DNA of 64,000 bases, from the NCBI RefSeq assembly GCF_964355755.1, contig NC_092676.1:9091888-9155887 (forward strand). The letters are read 5' to 3'. Position numbers and translations under genes: made by a program. Below the pieces are notes generated by a model, which saw only the letters and a list, made by a program, of their open reading frames with translations, was not told where the DNA came from and made no database searches. This DNA is from Antedon mediterranea. Taxonomy: Eukaryota > Animalia > Echinodermata. Below are positions 1 to 11,729 of this stretch, piece after piece; the first letter of the stretch is position 1; the number at the start of each line of letters is the position of its first letter.

Positions 1-219
1 CCCATTTAAATAGATAAACATGTAAGAAGATTAAAACAGAACAAAGAGAATTCTTAAAAGGATTAATTAACAAAATGATTAAAACATATGCAGTTCCAAG
101 GAAAAGCAATATAATGCAAACATCTTAATGCTATATTGATAAACAATCTTGCCCACCCACTGCACCCAGCTGCATTACATTGTAGGTACATTGGAAAATA
201 ATAACATGACAGGGTTACA
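1..219 (-). mobile_element. Partial LTR (5' end on minus strand) with adjacent polypurine tract at ~220-233
   Basis: Minus strand reads AAGTTAGGGGAGGA followed by TGTAACCC. Confidence 0.7.
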
Positions 220-2114
220 TCCTCCCCTAACTTAAATTGCTACCCCCGGGAGCAAAAACACAAAATATCAAACATTACAAGTAGAGTCACCAGTCAAAGT
301 GGAAAAAAAAAGGATTAAAATCGTTTCTGTTTAATTTATCTTGGTGAACAGGAAGTGTGATATAAACTCATTCTGCCTGGACACAATTTCAGTAATATTC
401 ACAATAACTTTTTCGTTATTAAGTTGATTGCTATAGTCTTGAATTTTTTGAAGAATTATTATAGATTTTTTTGCAACAAAATCTTTCCAGTAGTTCAAAA
501 GTTATGATAAAATATCTAATTTTTCTGAGATATCCTTGTGGCTATTCTAATTATTACACATACCCCACTGCTCAAATGCATGTTGGCTATTCCAAACTTG
601 CTGGCTAGTCTGAAGATAGTACAGTTGGTAGGGATTCTCATAGAGATATTTTCACTATAATATATCTATGGCATTCTCAATGTGTACACATAAGTAATTA
701 AATAATTCCTTGCTGTTGGAAGTTTATTTTTAATATCAATAAAGTAAATAACAAAATAAAGAATTAGCTATAATTATAACACATTTAAAATGAATGCCTT
801 TTATAATTAGTTACCTAAAGTAACTTTACTCCACTTTTTTTTACATATAATATAATAATTTATTTGGAAGCTACACTTTTGAAACAGTGGCACACTTCTT
901 GAATGAAGGTGCATCCAGAGTAAGTAAAATAAATAAATATTATTTAACAATAGGCCTATTAGTACAAGAGTCAACTTATTTGACAAAAGAACGCATTTCA
1001 ATTAGTCAATTTACATGTTGAAAAATAATCAAAATATTCATTAAGTACCTAAATATAATTAATAATTAATTTCACTTTAATGTGTTTTTATTATTCTGTG
1101 CCTGCTAATTTTTTAGATAGACAATATAATGAACAAAGAACAGAATCCAATAAACATTAAAGGAAATGAACTAGGCCTACAGACCTATTGTTAATTGTAG
1201 ACTCCTATGAAAAGAAATTTGAAGAACAAAAGGCATAATGGGTGGAAACCATTATACAGAATATAATAGATGATATCAGTAATGTGTAAATGTACTGGTG
1301 GTGTAAAGAAAGGGTAAAACAAAAAGAGATATCTTTTGATTTGTTAAATCTAGGCCAGTAGGTAGGTAGGTCTGTTACCATGTTTGTTTAAAACAATCAG
1401 GACAGACGATGGACTCGGACAGCCAGGCCCATAAATAAAATAGGGAGAGGCTTAGGCCATTCCTAGACCTAACCGCAAAATAATCAATTAAACTCTTAAA
1501 AATCAATCTAACCCCAATAAACTGAACTTAAATAATCTTTTCTATATCAGTAAAATTGTGCGTGAACTATAGTCAAAACCCGCTAAAAACTGGGGCCTGT
1601 CGCGTTGGGCCCAATGTGTTGGTAGCAGGCTACTTATCCATGTGTGTATTATCGTTGACATTTTCGTTGGAGATTTTCAGTGTAGTTTTGAAAAGAAATG
1701 ATGTTAGTCTTATACTAATACTAAATTAATTAGATTATTTTACGGAAAATATATTTTTATTAAAATTATAATTTTAATCGCAGAAAATAGATTTTGGAGA
1801 GTATAATATAAATAAAAAGCCTGATTGATAACAAAATAATTGCATCACCTTTTATTTTAACCTTGTGAAATGCGATTGTGTTTTGAAACTATAGGGTGGG
1901 TGTTTTCCAATGTTATTTTTAGTGCGCATATTTTGCTCACCACCGGCATCTGTGCTTATTTTTGAAATACTTAATAATAGATAAAATACATTTTAATATA
2001 TAATAATATAAAATATATATTATATAATATAATTTTATTTATATGAATTTTATTGCGTATTTATTTTAAAATATGCAAATATGCCTCAATTATTAGTGAC
2101 AAAGGACAAGGAAG

Positions 2115-4118
2115 CCCGGGTCAAAAACATATTCACACGTCGTCCACGATAAACACATTTTAAATTTAAAACAAAACATAGTAATTATTGTAATTTTGAA
2201 TTGGTATAGGTCACATCTTTAAAATATAAGTTTCCTAATAATTATCTTCTAATGATCATGAATTATTATTAAAATAAAATATACATATGTCACATGTCGC
2301 CCTGCCAAACTAAACTTTATGAAAGGAGCTTTGCGCTGCGTGTGTAAACTCTCCAGAGTCAGGAGAGTTAGCCTGCTAAACTTTACATTGGAAGAATAGG
2401 GATGGAGCTTTGCGTCCGCAAACTCTCTAGAGTCACGAGAGAGTTAGCCTGCTAAACTTTACATTGGGAGAATAGGAAATAGAGCTTTGCGTCCGTAAAC
2501 TCTCCGGAGTCACGAGAGAGAGTTAGCCTGCTAAACTTTACCGGAAGGCGATTGTTTCGCCTGAACGGTTTTCTATTCAAAGCATACAGGCAAGCATTGC
2601 ACTGGTAGGTGGGGGGAAGACAACAGATAGAACAGCATTCGTGTTCTAAGATCTTGGCTCTTTAAGGAAATTAAATATACTTTTCTAACTTTCAAAATAC
2701 GTTATATTTGATGGATTTTTACAAATCAAGGATAAATTTGTATGTTTTAAATACTTCTAAACACATTTATCTTGTTTAAAGTGATGAAATATGTTTCTGA
2801 AAAAAGTTAGGATATGCTGTAAAAACTTGTAGTAGGCCTACACATGTTATCAGGGATGGGTTCAACAGACTGTGAAAGTTCAGTAATAGTAGGTTCAACA
2901 ATAGGTTCAATAATAGGTTCAATATTAGGTTCAATAATAGGTTCAATAATAGGAGTATCATTAGGTAAATCAATAATGGGACTTGGAAGAATCTCGGTAT
3001 CTTCAAAACAAAGTTGAGAAACAGACACAGGCTCAGGGCAAGGTTGGAGGGATCATGGTGCGGAATCTAAACAAGATTGCGGGATGAGTAGAGGTTCAGA
3101 ACAAGATTGCGGGATGAGTAGAGGTTCAGCACAAGCCACAGGAGAATCAAGGATAGTGACAGAAAGTTTAGGACTGGGTACAGATGATACTGGGGAGTCA
3201 ACTACAGCTGGCTCTACATCTGTTGCAACTTCACTTGCTTCTTTAACATTACACTCACAAAAACTGGCGTGACTACAGACTCGATGCTCTCGTCAAAGGA
3301 CGCATTTACAGGACTACTATCAGTGGAAACATTTCCAGCACTAATATGAGATATATAGCAGGAGTAGTTTCATGGACAAATTCTTGGGCATCTACATTCA
3401 GCGGAAAATGGGGTGAAATGGAAGAAACTGTAAACGTTTCTACAGGGAGTGTGACTGAGAAGTCTAATGGGACTAGCATTGTAACCTCCTTCTCACTGGA
3501 TTCACCACTGTCATCATGCTCGCTCTCAGTGACATGAACTTTTGCCTTAGACCGCGTAATAGGGCGGTTTATCTTCTGTTTAGTAGGTTTTGCTGGTGGA
3601 TCTTCTTTGTTTAAATAGTCGATGGGCAGAAGTATGTTTCGATGTAGTGTTCGTAGGCCTACTCGACCACTATTTGATTCTGGCTTCACACGGAGTCCCA
3701 CTGGTCAGCGAGTTTGTGTTTACCCTGTAGTCCCAGATTTCGAATCAACACTCGATCACCTGGATGAAGATCATTGACTCGTACTTTCAAATCATGTCGA
3801 ACTTTGTTCTTGCGTGCTGACTTCGCTGCCTCTTCAGATGCCATTTGATAGGCAAGCGATAGTTGGTTTCTCAGATCGTTGACGTACTTTATGGGGTCAG
3901 CGTTACCAAATCCATCTGGGCTAATTCCAAACCGTAAGTCAACAGGAAGTCTCGTCCGAACATCAGAAAATAAGGTGAGAAACCTGTACTGTCATGCTTC
4001 ATACAGTTGTAAGCATGAACCAAAGCACTGATATAGCGACTCCAGCTTTCCTTCTTCTCGCCTTCGAGTGTATACCTAACATATTCATTAAAGTTCGATT
4101 AAAGCGTTCAGGTTGTGC
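2115..4118 (-). mobile_element. Ty3/Gypsy retrotransposon remnant: integrase C-terminal half, low-complexity tail and 3' UTR
   Basis: Translation across frameshifts gives AQPERFNRTLMNMLG, WSRYISALVHAYN, HDSTGFSPYFLMFGR, GDRVLIRN..GKHKLADQW and RTLHRNILLP, followed by IIEP repeats. The left boundary is approximate. Confidence 0.9.
2326..2541. repeat. Three imperfect tandem repeats (~80 bp) in the Gypsy 3' UTR
   Basis: GAGCTTTGCG..AAACTCTCCAGAGTCACGAGAGAGTTAGCCTGCTAAACTTTAC repeated three times. Confidence 0.85.
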
Positions 4119-4509
4119 TAGATTAAACTCACTCACTCTCTTAACTATCTTTTAACTTCCCAGAGACGAGAAGTGTTTACACCTACTTGTTCATTCCTTG
4201 CAAGACATGCTTCCTGATGATGTCATCATCATGTCAACCCAATCACCTGTGTCCTCTGCAAGTAAAAACGCACTTGATGAACTAGAAAAGGAAATAACTA
4301 CAAAACTTAAAATTCTAACCGCTCACAAATTTGATGACAAAGTGGAAGAAGTGAAAGATGATAAAGAAAAAAAAACAAAATCTGTAGAAGAGTGGAGGAA
4401 AGAGTTTAGACAAGACAAGAATATTTCTTACAAAAAACGCTGCTTGCTTATTTTTATTGGTAAGGTCAAGTCTGGGGGGTCACTTCATCAAGCCTAGATA
4501 CTTAGAGTA

Positions 4510-5514
4510 TCCTATTACAAACAAAAACTTCAATGGACTGTTTTGATAATAATTCAATGATTATCTGACAGTGAATTATAGTACCCATGTAATATCATGG
4601 GACTCATAAATACCAGAAATGCTTTGGGATTTGTTATTAGACTCTTTTCCCAGCCGTTTTTTGGATTCAATACCTATAAATTATAGTCGAGTTTCCATTT
4701 TAACAAAAATGTCAAAGTGTAGTATTATACTGCTGCTTGATTTCATCTAATGAATGAGTTATCTCGTATGACGTAGCGGGCTAGAGCAGCAGCGTGAAAA
4801 AACTTAAAGAAGTGGAATCTTAATAAAAGTGATTGTTGCGAAAAGTGTTGTATAGAAATAGAAAGTGAAAAACATATGTTGTACACCTGTAACAGCATTC
4901 AATCAGATTTGAGGAAGTTCCGTAAACTGATCGTTAAATGCATTCCGACTAATGAAACATTACGGTCAGGTTTCCCCGAATGGTAAGACATAATTATAGG
5001 AACTCAGAACACGCTTGTTAATGAACTCATCTCTTTATTTACATTTAGTATTTACAAATCTTGCATTATTTATAAAACAAGCAAACGGATTATCACTTGG
5101 AATTTATTTAAGATAGAACTATTTAAAAAAATTTAATTAATAAAAGCAATATTATGTTCAAAATGTAAAACTATACAATTTTATAAAAGTATCCAAACAA
5201 AACATAATCTTATAATGCAATATACCATTTTATCATATTTATTTATATTATATCGAATCTCTTTTTAATACTGAATATCAATCTTTATATCGTTTTAGCT
5301 CTGTAATATAAATTTTCTCTGTATACATGTTTGTTTTATCTAGACTTCAACACAATTTCAAAATATTTTACATAATCTTCCTCTGTCTGTGTAATATCAC
5401 TTAAATATTCATTGATAAATAGATAGATAGACAGACATATATACTGTAACCTTCACCATATTGTTGTTTATCATTGCAATAAAAGTGGGTTGCCCCCACA
5501 AAAGAGAAAAAAAA
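4510..5514 (+). mobile_element. Degenerate 3' end of a non-LTR retrotransposon (Tx1/L1-like; zf-RVT-type CCHC motif)
   Basis: From ~4800: KNLKKWNLNKSDCCEKCCIEIESEKHMLYTC (CX2CX8HX4C), then IIIGTQNTLVNELISLFTFSIYK. It ends with AATAAA at ~5478 and an A-rich tail to 5514. Also at ~25960-26967 and ~45850-46855. Confidence 0.75.
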
Positions 5515-7833
5515 TATATATTGCTGAAATTAAGCCTCAATAAATAATATTGTTGAGAAGAGGAACACATTTATACAGTATATAACTATATCCCATTTTC
5601 ATGCATAAAGCAATAGTATCTGCCTCTGAAGCACCACCATCAAGATATTATTTTTTTTAAATATATCCCATGTATAAGCAATATTATTATCTATCTGCCT
5701 CTGACGTCTCCAAGCACCATGAACAAGCATTTTGGAACATTTTCATCCACGGTGACGCTTGTAATGTCTCCCGCCAATCTTGCGGCATCCATGGCCATTG
5801 CCACGTCAAAGTTGTACGCTCTGGATGAGGCATGATCGCCAGATGACGGCCATCTGCGGAGCAAATTGCCGCTACGCCATTGGGTGAGCCATTGGGGTTC
5901 AACGGGTATTCAGTTGTCACTTCTCCTTTGTCATCGACAAAGCGCACTGGTGCAAGATTTTCAGACAGAACTGTGTCTTTTGTTTCTTTGTTAGAAAACT
6001 TCATGTGCCCTAGAGAGAAACAATTTGAGTTGAGTAAATTTAATAACATTTTTAGTTAAATTAAAATATAAGTTTGTACTAAGCATCCATCATTATCAAG
6101 AGGTATCAATATCTAACCTTCTCCATGCTGTGTCCAGACACCAAGCACAGAGCCTTCCATTCCTTTCAGCATTAAAGCAGGGCTTTCATTAATCTTTACA
6201 GCAACAAAACGAGACTCAAAACGCTCGGAAAGATTATGAGCAAGATGGACTCCTTGCTGAGCTGATGCTGCGTCTAAAAGACAATAACAAATAATTCATA
6301 ATAAACAGTCTGTCAACAAATGGATATCAAAAAGTAGTTCATATTTTCTTTTTATTTGTCAAAGAGGCATTACCTGCTTTACACCGGTGTCCTACTACCA
6401 CTAAACTACTTACTAAATATACCTCATGATACCTTACCTGTAGTAAGCTCCTTGGTGACATCTGGAGCAACCCAGCCTAGCAGGCCCATTAGTTGGCAGC
6501 CATTGCATACACCCAGTGAGAAAGTGTCTTTCCTTGCTCTAAATGCATCAAACTGAGCACGCACAGCTGGGTTGAACAAAATAGTTGCTGCCCAACCTAA
6601 AATGATTAATAAACATTATTTAAATAAACTAGAATAAATATTTATTTAGGTTACTATCTGTCTAATACTAGTATAATACTTGGTTACTGCTCCAGCATGT
6701 ATTTTTGCTATGCTACAAAAAGTGCAATCAGAAAAATATACCTTTTGCAGAACCACAAACGTCTGCAAAACTGAAGCCACCAACAAAAACTAGTCCACGG
6801 AATTGATCGAGGGTGACTTTCCCGCAAGCTAAATCTTGCATATTGACGTCCCATGTTTCAAAGCCAGCCATGTGTAGTGTTGAACTCATCTCTCGATCTC
6901 CATTACTGCCTTCCTCACGGATCACAGCAACCTTTGGTTTCATTCCATCTATGGAAGGCCAATTATGATTATGTATATGGTAACTAATGAGCCAAATTTA
7001 ACTCGTATTACTTTAACAAATTAAAATTCAGAACAAGATAATCAATATTCCAAAATTGGTTCTAACCTTTAGAGCATCCCTTTTTAACAGAATTCAAATT
7101 TGTTGCAACGGGGTCAAAGGTTAATTTAAATGGTGGTGCTGTTCTATTTGCTAAATTGCGTTGCTCCACTTCAACACACTCTGGATTTGCTTGTAGTTTT
7201 TCCAGTTGAAAACTAGTCTCTTCCCACACGTCTCTAAGAACAGTCATCTTTTCATTCAAGACTTCTTTCTCATTTACCGAGATGACAACCTATAATTTAC
7301 ATGTAAAATATTCAGATTCATTCTAAAAACCATCATAAATGATAAATGATCGTAAATAAATGTTCAAATATTGCTTCCATTTAAAAAAAAAAAAACTTAC
7401 CATTGACCCTTGACCTGATCCACTAGAGTGACCAATTAGAGAACAAGGGACATTATTGTCACTGAACTGTCTACAAATGTCCTCACTAGCATTAGCTGTT
7501 ACTTCTAACACCAGCCCTACTTCTTCAGCAAACAGAATATCAATTGCAGTTACTGAAAATAAATATATAAAGTCTTACAATGTATTATTGCTTACCAGAG
7601 GTTCTGGAACCATATGAAAGATTAAAATGACACTTTACAGATCCATTCGAGGCATTTATAGAGATAGCATAATGCTTACCATCAGGTTCGGAAAGTTTGA
7701 CGTCAATACCACAATTCCCAGAAAACGCCATTTCTAATAATGTTGTTACAATACCGCCATCACTAATATCATGACCACCTGATATTTTTCTATCCACAAA
7801 AGGATACAAAAGACAAAGCTGAATTCATATCTC

Positions 7834-7988
7834 TAAAGCTCTGTCTACACTATCAAACTTTATGTGATGTGATATGCCCATATATGGACATGATATCATA
7901 TCACTACCATTTTTGGGCATTTCACTAGCCTATTTAGGCGCATCACATTTTTTTGTCAAACTAGTTTCATAGTGTAGACAGCGCTTTA
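7834..7988. mobile_element. Intronic MITE with ~24-bp TIRs, TA-flanked
   Basis: TA-AAGCTCTGTCTACACTATCAAACT ... AGTTTCATAGTGTAGACAGCGCTT-TA. Also at 29288-29442 and 49175-49329. Confidence 0.85.
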
Positions 7989-9292
7989 TATTATAACTAC
8001 AAGTAAATGAATTTATTGTAAACGTCTAATTAATAAGTCTATGAAAATGACTACCTTTGATAAGATTTTGCGTTGTGTTGAAAGCCCTTACAAACGTTTC
8101 CGGTTCATCGAGATCAGGCGAGGATTGTCCGAGTTGATTATAGCACTGAGCGAGAGCACTACCACCTAACCGGTTATGCCTTTTACCAAATGAAACCCAG
8201 AGCAAAGTCCCTGAAATAGAATATGTAAAGTCTTGTTTATAAATATATTATATTTTTTGTTTGTTTAGGTAGTTAATTTAATTGTACCTAACAAAATGTG
8301 CAATGTTATATTCACTTTACCTTTACTGTCTGGACATTTAAGGTCAGGGGTCACAGTTGCAGTAATATCTGGGCATGCCACATACACAGACACAACCAAT
8401 GCACCTAAAAAATTGTAATTGATATTTCATTATTAGTAAGTAAATGGGAAAAAAAAGTGTATTAGTGTATTCAAGCTTAACTTATTAAAATAATTCACAA
8501 GATTGTACATCAGACACTATACTAGTTATTAACAAGCATGAAATGTCTAACCTGGAGCTTTGATCGTTTCAGAGCCTATCCTGGCAGCCATACTCAAAGA
8601 GTCCTTCCCACCATCCACAGCAACACCCAACTTGCCCATCACCTCGCATGCATCATACAATGCAGCACCCTCACCAGGAAGCTTCGCTGGCCACATCCAG
8701 TTACTGCTACATTTGACATCTTTAAGATCGGAGACCCTAGCAAACACAAGATTGGTAAGGGCTTCTCCTACAGACATCCTGGCACCACAGCCAGGATCGA
8801 CTAACCCTTTAATAGGCTGCTCTCCAATGGCTGTAGCTGAGCCTACAGTTTCAAAGTGGGAGAGTGCGATAACAGCAACATCAGCGAGTGGTGTGTGCAG
8901 GGGGCCTACACATTGCTGCTGGGCTATCAGGCCCGTGACAGCACGATCAACCTAACAGAAACAATATATCCTGGTTATACACTTTCCATATTCCTTCACA
9001 CAAATAAATTATGCAATATTAAAGATAAACAGATCTTTACCTTATTAGTCAAAAATCTTTTACTGGCTACTGAAGGTAGACGCAGAACACGGTCGAGTGC
9101 ACATCGGACAGTCAACCCATCAGGTAGTGTTAACTGCTTAAGTTTTGGTTTACATCGATCATACTTGAAAACCTGAGAGAAAAAAAAATATAATTCTATA
9201 TAATTTTACAGACAGAAAGAGACACTATTATTATAACACATAATTATTTTCAATGGTTATTTATGATGAAATCTGTGAGATTGAGAAAAAGT

Positions 9293-9364
9293 GACCTCAG
9301 CTGAGATTTGAACCTGGAATCTTCTGCTTGATATGCAGACATCCTACCATTACACCACTGATGC
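9293..9364 (-). pseudogene. tRNA-like sequence (tRNA pseudogene or SINE head) in a PFAS intron
   Basis: A box TGGTGTAATGG, B box GGTTCAAATC, stem TCTGC/GCAGA with a 7-nt loop, imperfect acceptor stem GCATCAG/CTGAGGT, then a T5 run. Also at 30759-30830 and 50634-50705. Confidence 0.7.
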
Positions 9365-11621
9365 ATTCATGGTATGGTTCAAACTTATTACCGACACTAC
9401 TCTACTATCAAGTCTCCATCATACCTTTTGCGGCATCTTCCCAAGAACCCATTCAAGTTGGAGATCAACTGGATAAGTAAGTGCTGTTCTTTTTATGCTT
9501 GGAGGTTCTGCATCACCCTTACCAGCTTCCACTTTCTTTTCCACCTCAAGACGAATCTGAAACAAAACAAAATATTTTTGTATTGCAAAACTCTTATGCA
9601 CTCTATCTGTGCATGAAAAGGCATTCTTCAAAATTAGTAACACTGTAGTATTTAAACGTGTTTTTTCATACTTATCCCACAGTAAGCACAAACTTGCCAA
9701 TTACAGGATGGATAAAATATTTTATAGTTGATCGTGCTTATAAACTAAGTTTTATTTCAGGCTTAGGGAGTGAAGTTGAAAGAGTCGTGAGTTACAACCC
9801 TTGACCTTGGAATTGGAAGGCAAGCATGTTAAACCACCAAGCAACAGCTCCACTAAAAAAATTTAGAATAAAGTAGGTAAAAAAAATCATCCAAATATTA
9901 CCTTCCCATCACCTGTAATGTCACCAACAAAAACAGCTGGACATTTCTCTCTGTCACAAATATCTAGAAGTTTTTCTTGATCCTCAGATCGTATTAGTAT
10001 GGCATTGGACTCCTGGTATTCTGCACCCCATAGTTCTAAGGTGTTGATGGTTGGATCACCTAGTTGGAATTCCTTAGCTTTTATTAGAGCACCTGCAGGT
10101 TCACATATCTCCTTTAAAACATTACCTGTACACAAAAAAATGATTTAATTGGTCAGATGTTAGCCATAGTTTGACATAAAAATAAGTACATTTGTCTGAC
10201 AAAGTGTCCCCTTAATAGGGATGTCCCAAATGAGGGGTGCTACTGTACTTAGTAAAATAATAAAAATAAGCACATTGCATGCAAACTCACCATTGCCTCC
10301 AGCTCCTTGATCATGTATACTACATATAGGGTTTGTATCAACCATCTCAATGCACGCCCTTATAACTCGGTTTAGTTTCTGTTCCATCTCCGCATCACCG
10401 CGCTGCACGGCTTCGAAGTCCAGTTTTTCTGTATTGTCACCTTGAACTTGAATGGAAGATGCAGCGCCCCCACCGACTCCGATGCGATAGATTGGTCCAC
10501 CAAGTTTTACAATTTTCATTCCTGCATGGTAAACAATTATTGATCAGTCAATAATTAGTTTTCAATGGAGAAATAAAAACAAAATATTTTATCAGGTTAC
10601 TATAATCTTATTTTATATGACAGACATATAATATCTATGTGGAGACAACAATAATAAGAATTGTACAGTATTTTTTATGGTGTTGTATTTAGTTTGTTTA
10701 ACAAACCTTTTTCTGCTTCGTCTTTAGTCGCATGCATACTCTCAAGCATCCCAATACCCCCGCTGAACATAATGGGCTTGACCCACTCTCTTCTGTCGCT
10801 CTCAGAAAGCATCATGCCAAATGAACGAGAGAAACCGGTTAGAACGGGTTCACCAAACTTGTTGCCGTAGTCAGATGCACCATTGCTGGCCTTTACAGCA
10901 ACCGACAGAGCAGGCGCCATGTTGCTAGGATAAACCATATTTTTGTCCTCCCATGGAAGGTCATACCCTGTTTAAACAAATGTTCAATCAATGATAATAA
11001 ATAATTAATTACACTGAATATATAACATTTATAAAAAGCAAAATTATGTAATTAAGCAAGCAATTATGCCTGTTCACTGCATGCGTTACTTAATATCTTT
11101 CATCCCATACTCTATTTATACATATAAGTGCCAGTAAATGAATATCTTTTAATTGTTGTTACTTTGCAAATCTTTGATAAGGTTTATCCTTTATATTTGT
11201 ATATTTGTTATGTTTTATTTTCTGTTATATTTGTATTTATTTTGATTTTTGAGCGAGTAAAGTCTGACATCAATTTTCATAAGGACTACAAAATCTAATT
11301 TTTAGATTTATATAATTTACCTGGAATGTTCAAATTTCCAAAACAGTAGCCTGCAGTGCCAGCCACTACATGTGCCCCCTTCCCTGCAGCCTGAACATCA
11401 CGTATTCTACCCCCAGTACCAGTTGTAGCCCCTGGGAAAGGTGCAACCCCAGTTGGAAAGTTATGGGTCTCTGCTGTGAAGATGATATGCCTGAGTGGTT
11501 CAGATTCCTCCATCACACTTGCTGACCCGGGATTGGCTGGTTTGAGAACTTTGACCTTATGGCCTTTGATTGCACTGAAAATCAAGTAAAGTCATCAAAG
11601 TGAGAAAAAACAGACAACATT

Positions 11622-11729
11622 TAAAGCTCTGTCTGTCCCCAAATATGGTAGTGATATGACATCATCATATCCATATATGGGCACATCACATTTTTTTACA
11701 TAAAAGTTGATAGTGTAGACAGAGCTTTA
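11622..11729. mobile_element. Internally deleted member of the same MITE family, opposite orientation
   Basis: TAAAGCTCTGTCT...GATAGTGTAGACAGAGCTTTA. The internal sequence is reverse-complementary to that of 7834-7988. Confidence 0.8.

Noticed and set aside
807-1001. 64-aa hydrophobic ORF repeated in each unit
   Set aside because: AT-rich chance ORF whose recurrence only reflects the duplication.
2776-3028. Leu/Asn-rich and IIEP-repeat ORFs
   Set aside because: They are alternative frames of a 12-bp minisatellite in the Gypsy pol tail.
8538-9176. Plus-strand ORFs of 88-131 aa
   Set aside because: They are antisense shadows of PFAS exons.
10195-10247. Possible Tc1/mariner-type MITE end (TACAGTAGCACCCC on the minus strand)
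   Set aside because: Only one terminus is visible and it is too short to support a call.
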